Source: Bradymonadia bacterium
GTDB lineage: Bacteria > Myxococcota_A > Bradymonadia > UBA7976 > UBA1532
Direction: 5' to 3'
DNA length: 64,000 nucleotides
Assembly: GCA_046290225.1 (NCBI GenBank)
Contig: JBKAGE010000071.1
Location: forward strand, 24,327 to 88,326
Notes under the pieces: model-generated
What the model saw: only the letters and a program-made list of their open reading frames with translations
What the model was told of the DNA's origin: nothing
Databases searched by the model: none
Part shown: one piece after another, positions 18,938-28,573 of the stretch
Layout of the letters: each line of letters starts with the position of its first letter
How positions within the stretch are numbered: position 1 is the first letter of the stretch
Translations under genes and position numbers: made by a program

Positions 18938-21900
18938 ATGTCTCGCCAGCGTCCACGCCTCTGTCGTCCCCGTCGAGTTCACCTCGCCTTGAGTGCCTGC
19001 CTGCTCTCTGCCGGCTGTGGGGCCGATGTCACTTCTTCAGAAGTGCCCTTGGAAGCCCCTGAGCCCGAGCACGAGGCTTCGGGGGCGGAACAGGCAGACG
19101 CCTCGAATCGCCCCACTGAGACCCCGGCAACGATGCCCGAAGACAGCACTGATGATCCCCTCGAAGTCCGAGGTGGCCCCCGCCTAGTCGAGGTGAGCCC
19201 GGCTGCAGGTGCCGCCATCGAGGGCTCGACCCAGGTGACCGTCGTGGTGGCCCCTGAAGCCTCTCCCATCGTGCGCCTCGCCGCTGTGCACATCGACGCC
19301 AACGGACAACCCCTCGGTGAGCTGGCCGCCTCGGAAGAGGCCCGCCTCGACTTCGACGTCGATCCCCAGATGGCCAGCGCAGACGACGCGGTGCACATCG
19401 TGGTTACGGCCATCGACGCCGAGAACGAGATGATGCATCTGCGGTTGCGGTATCCCGTCTCCAGCGCCAACCGGATTCTTGGTCGCCTCACCGTCCGCCC
19501 TGTGAAGGATGTGTTCGTCACCGCCCTCGACGCGGAGGGGCAGACCCTGGCCCGTGGCCCAGTCTCCGAGGACGGCCGATTCGAACTCACCCTGGAGCAG
19601 GGGGCGCGGGGCCCGGTCACGCTGGAGGCAGCCCCGGACATCATCGGCGGTGAGATTTTCGATCCTGGCACCGAGCAGTGGCAGCGGTGGACCCTGGAAT
19701 CACCCTGGCGCACGCGGGCTCTCGTGGGAGACGCCTCTGTGGCTGTCGGCCCCCTCACCACCCTCGCCGAGGGTCGTTGGCGGGCCATGGGAGGCGCCTT
19801 TGACGATGCTGTTGAGGCTGTGGGTGATCACTTTGGTCTCTCTGGAGAAGCCCTGCGCAGCGCCGAGCCTGGCGAAGACGACTTCAAGGCCATGCTCATG
19901 GGCTGCCTCGGTGAGCAGGCACATCATCTCGGCGTCAATGTCGGGGAGCCCGTCACCTTCACACATTGGGTGCAGGCGCTTTATGCAGATGCCCTCGAGG
20001 ACGGCCGGGTGAACTACGGGGCCTTCGCCTGGGCCCCCGATGATGCCCTGCGTCATACCTTTGCTGTGTCGTGCGCCCGTTGGGGAGAAGGTCCTCATGG
20101 CGTGGGTGGGTGGCACCTTGAGAACGATGACTACGTCACATGGCTCGAGCATCTCTCCACTGACGAGAGCGCACTCTCCTTCGCGGAGGATGGCCTGTCG
20201 CTGTGGTCCGCCCCGGAGACCACACTCATTCTCACCGAGCAGGGGGCCCAACAGAGGGGGGCGCAGCCAGGGGGCAGCATCTTCATCAACGTCGAGGCTC
20301 GTAACTCTGCAGTGGGTGTCGCGGCGCTGTTGCTTCAGAGCGGCGACACCTGGATCGACACGTGGCCCGACGACGTCGACCCCCGGATCGACGTCCGCGA
20401 CGGCGAGGTCCGCGTGGCTCAGGCCGACTACCCCGAAGGCAGCTCGGTGACCATCAGGGCCGAGGCGATCGATCTGCTCGGCCGCTCGGTGTCCGATGAC
20501 CTCACGTTCATCGTGGACACCGAGGCGCCCCGGGTGAGCGTGGGCCTGCCCGTAGGGGGCGTAAAGGCTGAGGGGGTGGTGTACTGCCCGTTCGAGGTGT
20601 GTGAGCTGTCGTTCTCCGTAGAAGACGCCACGCTCAGCGAGCTCGAAGTGCGCCTCGACGGCTCGCTGGTCGAGAGCTGGGAAAGGGCCGAGGCCGATCA
20701 GTACGCGGTGCTGTTGCCCTTCGATGGAGAAGGGGCCCACACAGTGACCATCACCGCCACCGACGTCATCGGCCACGTCACCGAGGTCGAGCAGCGTGTC
20801 GTCGCCAGCCTTTCACCTCCGGCGATTCACCTCGAAGAGAGCGAGTATTTCGACGAGATGGGCATGCTGGTCGATCGTGAAGGCCGACGCGTGCATCCTC
20901 AAGACGCCGATCTTGTCCCTGTCGTCGATGGAGGATTGCTGCGTCGGTGGCAGAGCAGTTGGGCCCTTGAGGCTGATCCGCTGAACCCGGTGGCTCTGCG
21001 GATCGCTTTGGATGAGCATCCCGACATGCCCCTCATCTCCCCTGTGGTCACGGCCCGGTTCGACCAGGGGCCCGCCCGACGGCTCCCGGTCACCCGCCGT
21101 CCGGGAGGCCTCTGGCGTGCAGAGATCACCGGGCCCGCGGTGGGGCTCGATCTCAGCGACGCCCCCCTCGGCCGTGGTGTGCCCCTGGAGATCGAGATCG
21201 AGGCCCTCGACATCTTCGGCCGGCGCACAGTGGAGCAGATGCGGTTCATCGTGGAGGTGATGGCGCCTCCGGTCGTCGTCCGTCAGCTGGACCAGAGCGC
21301 CATCGGGCAATTCACCGTGGAAGATCTCAGCTTCGAGAGCGAGGCGTTGCAGGCGCTGCTGTCGCCCCGGAGTGCATATGCCCAGGGCGTCGTCCTCGGC
21401 GCCATGGAGATCACCAACCCGCACACCGTGCCCCTCTGGATCACCCTCGATGCCCCCAACAGTCTGGATGTCTCCGTGACCCAGCAAACCCGTATCTCGG
21501 GTCTACATCTGCCGTCATTGGCTCGGAGCAACCCGAGCTATCGCGCCTGGGACATCGAGGTGGACTGTCTGGAGCCGGTGTTGGGGGGCCTGTGGATCAA
21601 CCGAGCTGACCGCTTCGCCACTCGAGTGCGTGGGCAGCTGGACGCCCACGGTGTGCAGACTTTCACCGGTGGCGCCTGTGAGCCCCTCGAGGCCGAGCGG
21701 GCTGGCGAGCACTCGATGATGATGCCCACAGGGTGGGCACTGGCGGGGGAGGCGCGCCCGGAGATGGCCGTTCGAGAGACCCCGGAGGGGGCACTGCAGG
21801 TCCGTCTGGCACCCTTTGAGCGGGTGGTGGCGTATCGGATTCTACAGCCCACCCGGGAGATGCTGGCCCCGGTGGTGAGTCAGCTCGAGGGCGTTGGCGG

Positions 21901-22198
21901 CGTCACCTTCAGCGCGGCGCTTCAGGATGGCGAGACCGGGCTGTTCAACCACGTGCCTGATCGCCACTGCGCCCCTGGGGCGGAAGGGTGTCCGGAGGCG
22001 GGGCCCTGGCTGGGCAAGCGCTTTGTAGATCTCACCGACGTGCGTCTCACCGAGCGTCGTGACTGGGACAGCTGGGCCTATGTGAGAAGCTGGGGGACCT
22101 GCAACGTGGGCGATGCGCCGGGTTGCGGGATCGGTGGCCGCAGCTCAGGGCGACTGGGCCCCATCGCCGACGTCGCCCTCAGCCGAGGGCAGCCCTGA
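18938..22198 (+). CDS. Large hypothetical lipoprotein (~1086 aa)
   Basis: Start re-assigned to MSRQRPRLCRPRRVHLALSACLLSAGCGAD (lipobox LSAGC). Acidic, Pro/Asp-rich N-terminal linker, then long beta-rich region. No recognisable catalytic motif. Confidence 0.6.
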   Translation: MSRQRPRLCRPRRVHLALSACLLSAGCGADVTSSEVPLEAPEPEHEASGAEQADASNRPTETPATMPEDSTDDPLEVRGGPRLVEVSPAAGAAIEGSTQVTVVVAPEASPIVRLAAVHIDANGQPLGELAASEEARLDFDVDPQMASADDAVHIVVTAIDAENEMMHLRLRYPVSSANRILGRLTVRPVKDVFVTALDAEGQTLARGPVSEDGRFELTLEQGARGPVTLEAAPDIIGGEIFDPGTEQWQRWTLESPWRTRALVGDASVAVGPLTTLAEGRWRAMGGAFDDAVEAVGDHFGLSGEALRSAEPGEDDFKAMLMGCLGEQAHHLGVNVGEPVTFTHWVQALYADALEDGRVNYGAFAWAPDDALRHTFAVSCARWGEGPHGVGGWHLENDDYVTWLEHLSTDESALSFAEDGLSLWSAPETTLILTEQGAQQRGAQPGGSIFINVEARNSAVGVAALLLQSGDTWIDTWPDDVDPRIDVRDGEVRVAQADYPEGSSVTIRAEAIDLLGRSVSDDLTFIVDTEAPRVSVGLPVGGVKAEGVVYCPFEVCELSFSVEDATLSELEVRLDGSLVESWERAEADQYAVLLPFDGEGAHTVTITATDVIGHVTEVEQRVVASLSPPAIHLEESEYFDEMGMLVDREGRRVHPQDADLVPVVDGGLLRRWQSSWALEADPLNPVALRIALDEHPDMPLISPVVTARFDQGPARRLPVTRRPGGLWRAEITGPAVGLDLSDAPLGRGVPLEIEIEALDIFGRRTVEQMRFIVEVMAPPVVVRQLDQSAIGQFTVEDLSFESEALQALLSPRSAYAQGVVLGAMEITNPHTVPLWITLDAPNSLDVSVTQQTRISGLHLPSLARSNPSYRAWDIEVDCLEPVLGGLWINRADRFATRVRGQLDAHGVQTFTGGACEPLEAERAGEHSMMMPTGWALAGEARPEMAVRETPEGALQVRLAPFERVVAYRILQPTREMLAPVVSQLEGVGGVTFSAALQDGETGLFNHVPDRHCAPGAEGCPEAGPWLGKRFVDLTDVRLTERRDWDSWAYVRSWGTCNVGDAPGCGIGGRSSGRLGPIADVALSRGQP

Positions 22199-23614
22199 GC
22201 TGCACTTGATGCTGCCCGCCGCCTCTTTACTGTCTGCCGAAGCCTTGCCCACGAGGTACCCTGGCAGGTAGAGCCACCATCCGTCGTCACCCCGCCTTTC
22301 GGCCTCGAGGAAGACCCCCGCGTCTTTCACCAGCCCGACACCCTCGAGAAGCTCGACCCCTACGGTTTCAGGGCACCGGCCAAAGCCACCGGCGACTCGA
22401 TGGGCTTCTGCCTGAGCCTTGAGCGCTCTCAACGTCGCCTCTCGCATGGCCAGTCTACGGAGCAACTGGCCGGGATCAGGTTGAGCGACTCCGTGCAGAA
22501 TGCGCAGCTGCTCTCGACGCATCTTGCGCATCATCAAAGGCATCGCCGCTTCGCCCTCACCAGCAGCTGTGTCACGTCGCTCGACCAGAGCCTCATACCG
22601 CCGATCCCGCTCTTGCAACCCTGAGAGACACGTGAGGACCCCAGCGCCCTGGGGGCACATCTCGTCTCGCAGCTCGACGGTCTCGTCGAAGCTCATCAAG
22701 GACAGCCAGATCTGCTCTCGTTCATCATCAGTGAGCATGAGACGGTCGCGCCTGTCGGGCAGGGGTCCTTCCGGGTGGGTCCAGCCTGGGGGCATGACGT
22801 CGAGCAGGGCCCCGCGATACGCCGACTCGAGCATGTCGTAGCTGAGCATCCCACCCACGGGCGGCTGTGTGCCGATGAGGATATCGAGCATCTCGATGAC
22901 CTCTTCGAGCTGGCGCACGGTGAGGCGGGGATCGTCGAGGATGATCGTCGCTGCGGCGCCCAGGCGGCTGATGCTGAGGGCAGAGATCGTGGCGGTGAAG
23001 ATGTTGCGGCCCCCACGCTCAAGGTCGTGCTGCAGCCGCATCCCGTCGAAGGCGAGCCGGAGCGCCGCCATGGGATCCCTGGTGGCCATATCGAGGCTGT
23101 GCAGCGCCGTGGCCAGGGCCAAAGGCTGGCTGTTCATCAACGACTTGGAGGCCCTGCGACCGAACAGGCTGGGGCTGCACATGGCCTCATGGGCTGCGAG
23201 CGACGACACCTTTTCGGGGATCAATGCACAGGCTGTCAGAGCAGTCTCGCGCGCTTGAGGTGTGGCCCGGACTTCGAGCTGTTTGGGATCGAGGCCTAGA
23301 TAGAGGTCAGGCAGTATTCGGCCGATGCGCTCGACCTCGGTATAGCAGCGCGCATGAGGCCCTTCGTCGTCGATGAGCTCGAGCAGAGCCACCTCGCCGT
23401 CGCCGATGGTGGCTGTACCGTGAAGTACGGGGCGGGGGCATTGGCGTTGTCGGTTGTCTTCTGCGGCGTGCTCCAGGCGTGACACCAGAGTCTGCTTCTC
23501 TGTCTCGGTCAAGCTGGGTACGGCGACATCTGCGTTGTCTTCACAGCCCACGGGCATACACGCTGAGAGCGTGAGACAGACAGCATGGCAGAGCAACGAA
23601 CGTATCAACGGCAA
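22145..23614 (-). CDS. Hypothetical lipoprotein (489 aa, alpha-helical)
   Basis: Signal/lipobox MPLIRSLLCHAVCLTLSAC. Its 3' end overlaps the convergent upstream gene by ~54 bp. Confidence 0.55.
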   Translation of the reverse strand: MPLIRSLLCHAVCLTLSACMPVGCEDNADVAVPSLTETEKQTLVSRLEHAAEDNRQRQCPRPVLHGTATIGDGEVALLELIDDEGPHARCYTEVERIGRILPDLYLGLDPKQLEVRATPQARETALTACALIPEKVSSLAAHEAMCSPSLFGRRASKSLMNSQPLALATALHSLDMATRDPMAALRLAFDGMRLQHDLERGGRNIFTATISALSISRLGAAATIILDDPRLTVRQLEEVIEMLDILIGTQPPVGGMLSYDMLESAYRGALLDVMPPGWTHPEGPLPDRRDRLMLTDDEREQIWLSLMSFDETVELRDEMCPQGAGVLTCLSGLQERDRRYEALVERRDTAAGEGEAAMPLMMRKMRREQLRILHGVAQPDPGQLLRRLAMREATLRALKAQAEAHRVAGGFGRCPETVGVELLEGVGLVKDAGVFLEAERRGDDGWWLYLPGYLVGKASADSKEAAGSIKCSSGLPSAEGDVGDGAQSP

Positions 23615-26600
23615 TCCTCACACACAGGGTTGTCTTCACAGAGCACCCACTGGGGCTCTCCGAAGTAACCGAACCGCTCTTCGAAAGTCTCCCGCAAGCC
23701 CTCACATATGCGCGCCCGGGACATGTTGGCGCCGTTGAAGTTGGCGTTGACCACCTGACACGCTCCCGTGAGATCTGCCTGTACGAAAGAGCCGCCAGAG
23801 AAGTCGCTGAAGACCATAGAGACATTGTCGAAGGTTGCTTGATTGAAGGTGCTCCTCTGAAAGTCGGCGCCGCGCATGCAGGCGTCGGTGAACTCCGATT
23901 CGTCGAAGGACGACTCGGTGATCTGCGCCTGGTAGAAGTTGATCCCGTGCATCGTGGACCGTTCGAATGTGCTGCCGCTGAGTTCGACCTCTCTGAAGCT
24001 CGCACCGGTGAGATCGCTGTACCGGGTGTGCAGCTGCTGGCCGGCGCTGTGGTCGAAGACTGTCCCCAGCGCGGACACGCCGGAGTTCTGCGAGGGCAGG
24101 TTGGTGCGCTCTCCAAGGGCGAGATCGTCTAAGCGGGCGCGGACGAACGAGGTGCCATCGAGATTGCCCCGCAGCCGAACGTCAGTGAAGCGAACCTGGT
24201 CGAAGATACACCCAGTACAGCTGGCATTGCGTTGGAAATGGCCGCGGCGGATTTCAGCGCGGGTGAAGTTGCTCCCGTCCAGGGGCCCGATGATGTTGAG
24301 GCTTTGTAGCGTTGCGCTCTCAAAGTTCATGCCGACGAGCGCGTCGCTCGTGTCGAAGTAGGTCTCCACAATGCGCGCCCGGCGCATCGACGCAGGCGGC
24401 ACCACGCTGCTGAGGTTGGCCTCGGTGAGATCGGCGCTGTCGAGCAGCACCGCGCTCAGATCTGCGTTCATGAGCGACGCCCCCCGCAATGAAGCCCCGG
24501 AGAGGTCAGCCCCGGCGAATGTCTCGTCTGCGAGATCGAGATCATCCATACGGGCATCTCGGAGATCGGCGCCGGTGAAGTCCACGCCCTCAAGCGTGGC
24601 GTCGAAGAATGACGCGCCGGCGAGGTTGATGTTGATCGCCGAGACATTGTTGAGGGTGATGGCATCGAAAACGGCGCCGGGCATGACCACCCCATCGAGG
24701 CGGACGTCGTCGAGGGTGGTGGGGGCCACGAGGCAGGCCGGGTGCAACCTGATCTCACCCTGAAAGCTGCAGTCGCCCTCGCCGGGGATGCCATCGCCCT
24801 CTCGGATGTTCGTCCACTCGCATGTATTTACGAAGGGGTTTTCGGGCTCAGGCAGCACCTCACCTTCTTCATCTGAGAAGCACGGTGACTCGTCGGGACA
24901 GGCACCACCGTTCCACAGCCCCAAGATGCATTCCTGAGCCACGAGGCGAGTGCCGCCATCCCTCGGGCTTTTGTAGAAGTTGCCCACATCACCGAGCGGG
25001 CTGTCGTTGCAGAACGCCAGCCACTCTTGGAGCGTCTGGTTTTCCCGCCCGGGGCATGCCTGCCTGTATTCGGCGAAGCGACGGCAGGTGAAGTAGGCCT
25101 CGGGGAAGCACGCCGCGGGTTGCAGGAAGGACAGCCGCGGCGCCTGCCCGATGGTGGCGCCGCGGAGCGTGGCGCCGAACAGATCGACGCCGCCGAGGCT
25201 GGCGCCTACGAGGTTGGCCCCGTCGAGGGCGGCCCCGTCGAGCCGAGTACGGCAGCGACAGTCCTCAGGGATAGGCTCCACGTTGCAGCGGGCGCCCGGA
25301 TCGTAGTCCGACCAGGGCGGCAGGGTGTCGCAGGTGGGCGAGGGGCGGATGTCGGTCTCGTCGATGACCGCGTTGATGAGCGAGGCCTGGCTGAGCCGCG
25401 TGCCCCGAACAGAGGTGCGGCGCAGCAAGGTGGCGCTCATCTGAGCCTCGCGAAGATCGGCCCCGTCGAGGGTGGCGCCAGAGAGGTCGAGCTGGTTGAG
25501 TCGCGCCCGGAACATGCACGCGAAGCGCAAATCAGCCAGTGCGAGACTGCTGCGGCCCAGATCGGCACCGGCGAGGTTCACTCCCGGCATGAAAGTGCGG
25601 GTGAGATCGGCGCGGGCAAAGAGCGCGCCCTCGAGCTTGACCGTGGGCCCATCAGGGCCACATGGGGCCTCGGGCCAGGGCTCGAGAGGCGCGCCGAGGT
25701 CGGGCCAGGGGCTCTCGGCGTCGGCGAGTGGTAGCCCCTCTTCGTCTCGCTCGGCTTCGACGAAGAGAGCGAGGCCGAGACGGGCCGCGGTGAAGTCGGC
25801 CCCACGCAGATCGGCGCCGGCGAGGCTCACCCGCTCCATCTCGGCGTTGGCGAAGCTCGCATCTCGGGCCACTACGCCCTTGAGATCGACCCCTGTGAGC
25901 GTCGCCCCCGAGAGCCGAGCGCCGATCAGGATCGCCGCAGCGCCTTCACCAGAGCCCAAGATCGCCCCTGTCAGGTCAGCCTGACTGAGATCGGCCCCGA
26001 GGAGGTTGATCGGCCCCTCGGTGACGCCCTCGGGGCAGCCCACCGCCTCCCCGAAGTGCCCCGTGAGGTTCGCCCCCGCGAGATCTGCGCCGGCCACCGT
26101 GATGCCCGCCCGCAAATCACAGGCGTCGATGGTCTGCCCTCGCAGGTCGAGGCGTGCTTGAGCGAGGTTCTGCAGCGTGATGGTGATCGCCTCGAGATCT
26201 GCCCGAGGTTGAGCCTGCGTCAGAGTCACGGGGCGCTGGACCAGAGAGAAACCGGGTCGGGTGACCTGAACGGTATAGTTGCCCTCGGGCAAATCGCTGA
26301 AGACGACGGGCTCTCCGTTGTCGAAGACGGGCTCCTCTGTACCCGGGGCGGGGCCGATGAGGGTGACCCGTGCGTAGCGCTCCCCGAGGGGCAGCCACTC
26401 TGGTGTGATGTGGACGCGCAGCCTGATCTCACCTTCGATGGGATCTCGGGCGAGGGTGGTCTCCACAGGGTTGCCGGCCTCGTCGACGAAGCGATCCTCT
26501 GCCCACTGCAGTGGTCCGATCTCCCCTGGAGCAGTGTAGCCCTCGCGGCTCACCGAGAGGGTGTATCGCTCGTCGGGGGCGGCGGGGAGGGTGAACCGGC

Positions 26601-27639
26601 CGTCGGCATCGGTGATGGCCTCGGCGAAGGCGAGATCATCGGGGCTCAGACGGGCCTGCACCCGCGTGCCGCTGTGATCAGGACGATCGATGAGGAGGAT
26701 GCGTCCCGAGAGAGAGACCGCCTGGGGTGAGCGTGAGGTGTGCTGAAGCTCGAACAGACCCGCAAAGGCATCACCGCCAGGATACGTAGTGATGTCACGG
26801 CGATCAGCGACATAGCCTGGGCGACTCACCTCCACGGTGTACTCCGAGGCGAGGACGTCATCGAAGGTCACCTCGCCATCTTCATTGGGGCTGCCTTGTT
26901 GAACGGTCACGCCCTCCGAGACCAGGCTCACAGAGACGGTGGAGAGTCGCTCGGGGGTCTGGAACTGTTCGAGGCGGACGATGGCTTGAACACGTCCGGG
27001 TTCGCCTGTGACGATCACAGGCTCGAGGGAGAGGGTCTGCCCGGCAACGACGTCGACTGTGCGCTCCTCGACGCCATGACCCTCGGCCGAGAAGCGCAAG
27101 ATCGCCCGCCCCGGTGGCAACTCCAATCGGAACTGTCCGTCATCACCGGTGACGGTGAGGTAGGGGGTGCCTTGGGCTTGCACGGTGATGCCCGCGTGGC
27201 CTGCAGCCCCCCCGCCACTCCGCCTCGCCGTGCCCTCTACTGCGCTGTCCACCTCTGCGGCTCTTGGGGCCTCCAAGGCGACGTCGCCCACGTCGAGATC
27301 CCGGCCGATGATCACACTGATGCCTGCAGGCGGGGCTCTGAAGCCCTGAGACTCGACGGACAGCAAGTACCCTCCGGCGAGCACACCACTGAAGATGAAG
27401 TCGCCCTCGGCGTTCGGCTGTGCTTCACGGGGATCTGTGTCCACACCCACAGGTGACAACCGCACGCGCACCTCGGCAAAGCTGTCCGTGGCGAAGCCCT
27501 CGGGCAGGCGCAGGCGCCCGGTCACGGTGGACGTGGCCTGAACGCTCTCCGGCGCAGCAGGATCATAGGGGTTGTCGGCGGGCACGTCGGTGCACGCGAA
27601 GAGCACCAGAGGCAGCAGGGTGAGCAGGGCGGCGCGCAT
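23605..27639 (-). CDS. Giant pentapeptide-repeat lipoprotein with N-terminal carboxypeptidase-regulatory-like (prealbumin-fold) domains
   Basis: Start MRAALLTLLPLVLFACTD (GGAGAG RBS). Repeated GRLRLPEG / GQTLSLEPVIV beta-sandwich modules. Long runs of A(D/N)LxGAxLxG pentapeptide repeats (ADLAGANLTG, ADLSQADLTG, ADLRGADFTA...). Ends ...CEDCR. Confidence 0.8.
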   Translation of the reverse strand: MRAALLTLLPLVLFACTDVPADNPYDPAAPESVQATSTVTGRLRLPEGFATDSFAEVRVRLSPVGVDTDPREAQPNAEGDFIFSGVLAGGYLLSVESQGFRAPPAGISVIIGRDLDVGDVALEAPRAAEVDSAVEGTARRSGGGAAGHAGITVQAQGTPYLTVTGDDGQFRLELPPGRAILRFSAEGHGVEERTVDVVAGQTLSLEPVIVTGEPGRVQAIVRLEQFQTPERLSTVSVSLVSEGVTVQQGSPNEDGEVTFDDVLASEYTVEVSRPGYVADRRDITTYPGGDAFAGLFELQHTSRSPQAVSLSGRILLIDRPDHSGTRVQARLSPDDLAFAEAITDADGRFTLPAAPDERYTLSVSREGYTAPGEIGPLQWAEDRFVDEAGNPVETTLARDPIEGEIRLRVHITPEWLPLGERYARVTLIGPAPGTEEPVFDNGEPVVFSDLPEGNYTVQVTRPGFSLVQRPVTLTQAQPRADLEAITITLQNLAQARLDLRGQTIDACDLRAGITVAGADLAGANLTGHFGEAVGCPEGVTEGPINLLGADLSQADLTGAILGSGEGAAAILIGARLSGATLTGVDLKGVVARDASFANAEMERVSLAGADLRGADFTAARLGLALFVEAERDEEGLPLADAESPWPDLGAPLEPWPEAPCGPDGPTVKLEGALFARADLTRTFMPGVNLAGADLGRSSLALADLRFACMFRARLNQLDLSGATLDGADLREAQMSATLLRRTSVRGTRLSQASLINAVIDETDIRPSPTCDTLPPWSDYDPGARCNVEPIPEDCRCRTRLDGAALDGANLVGASLGGVDLFGATLRGATIGQAPRLSFLQPAACFPEAYFTCRRFAEYRQACPGRENQTLQEWLAFCNDSPLGDVGNFYKSPRDGGTRLVAQECILGLWNGGACPDESPCFSDEEGEVLPEPENPFVNTCEWTNIREGDGIPGEGDCSFQGEIRLHPACLVAPTTLDDVRLDGVVMPGAVFDAITLNNVSAININLAGASFFDATLEGVDFTGADLRDARMDDLDLADETFAGADLSGASLRGASLMNADLSAVLLDSADLTEANLSSVVPPASMRRARIVETYFDTSDALVGMNFESATLQSLNIIGPLDGSNFTRAEIRRGHFQRNASCTGCIFDQVRFTDVRLRGNLDGTSFVRARLDDLALGERTNLPSQNSGVSALGTVFDHSAGQQLHTRYSDLTGASFREVELSGSTFERSTMHGINFYQAQITESSFDESEFTDACMRGADFQRSTFNQATFDNVSMVFSDFSGGSFVQADLTGACQVVNANFNGANMSRARICEGLRETFEERFGYFGEPQWVLCEDNPVCEDCR

Positions 27640-27786
27640 GGCGTCTCTCCAGCTGTGAAGAAGGGTCACTCAGGGCGGGAGCATCTTGCCTCGAACGTAC
27701 TCGGAAGTCAGGGGGGAACAGTCTGATGAGGGCGACGGCGTTGTGGCATATTCCGCGCCCCGTCGTTGTGCTGAGGAGACCGCTCG

Positions 27787-28573
27787 ATGTGGATCCAGCC
27801 GACTCGCTTGAATCTATTCGCTTTGTTGTGGGTGGCATCATGTTGTGCCACGGCACATGGACAGATCCAGGTGGTGGGGGCGATCAACGCCGAAACCACC
27901 TGGAATACCGCCGGCAGCGCCTACCAGATCGATGACACCCTCACGATCCAGGCAGGGCCCATCCTCACGATCGAAGCTGGGGTACGTGTGCAGGTGGGCG
28001 ACAACAACAGCGCATCGGTGCAGGTGCTCGGGGCCGTCGATGTGACCTCGCCCCAGGTGCGCATCGCCGAGAACTGCGACCCAGAGCCCGCCGTGGCTGG
28101 CGCGCCGCTCACAGTCACCGTGAAGTTGCCCCCCGACGTCGCGGGCAACTCTGCCCTCACTGATCCGCTCGAAGGTCGCTGTGGTGCTGCCTCCGGACGT
28201 GACGCCCCCTGTGGTGGAGCTCGGCCCGGTGGCCGACGGTCAGCAGCTTGGCACCCAGGTGACGATCACTGCCACTGTGACGGACGATCGAGGGCTGGAT
28301 AAGGTGACGCTGCGTCATCGCGTCGTAGGTGCTCAGGCCTTCGCAGAGATTGTCATGGAGGCTGGAGAGGATCCCTCGAGCTTCTCAGCCACTCTCCCCG
28401 AGGATGGTGCTGATGATCCCTATGCCCTCGTGGTCGAGCTGCCCGACGAGGCGGGTCCGATCATCGAGGTGGCCCCTCTGCCGCGGCATTTGGGGCGTGG
28501 GCAGATGTCGCCGCCGTTGAATCAGGTCGAGCCCTTGTCGATGAGGGCGATGGCCGCCTTCAGCGGCTTCTGA
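27787..28573 (+). pseudogene. Secreted hypothetical protein, apparently split into two overlapping reading frames (27787-28302 and 28181-28573): frameshift, sequencing error or programmed shift
   Basis: Frame 1 has signal peptide MWIQPTRLNLFALLWVASCCATAHG and sensible sequence up to ~28170, then turns Arg/Gly-rich junk. Frame 2 continues sensibly from 28181 (VLPPDVTPPVVELGPV...). The motifs KLPPDVAGN (frame 1) and VLPPDVTPP (frame 2) are a near-duplicate at the junction. Confidence 0.4.
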
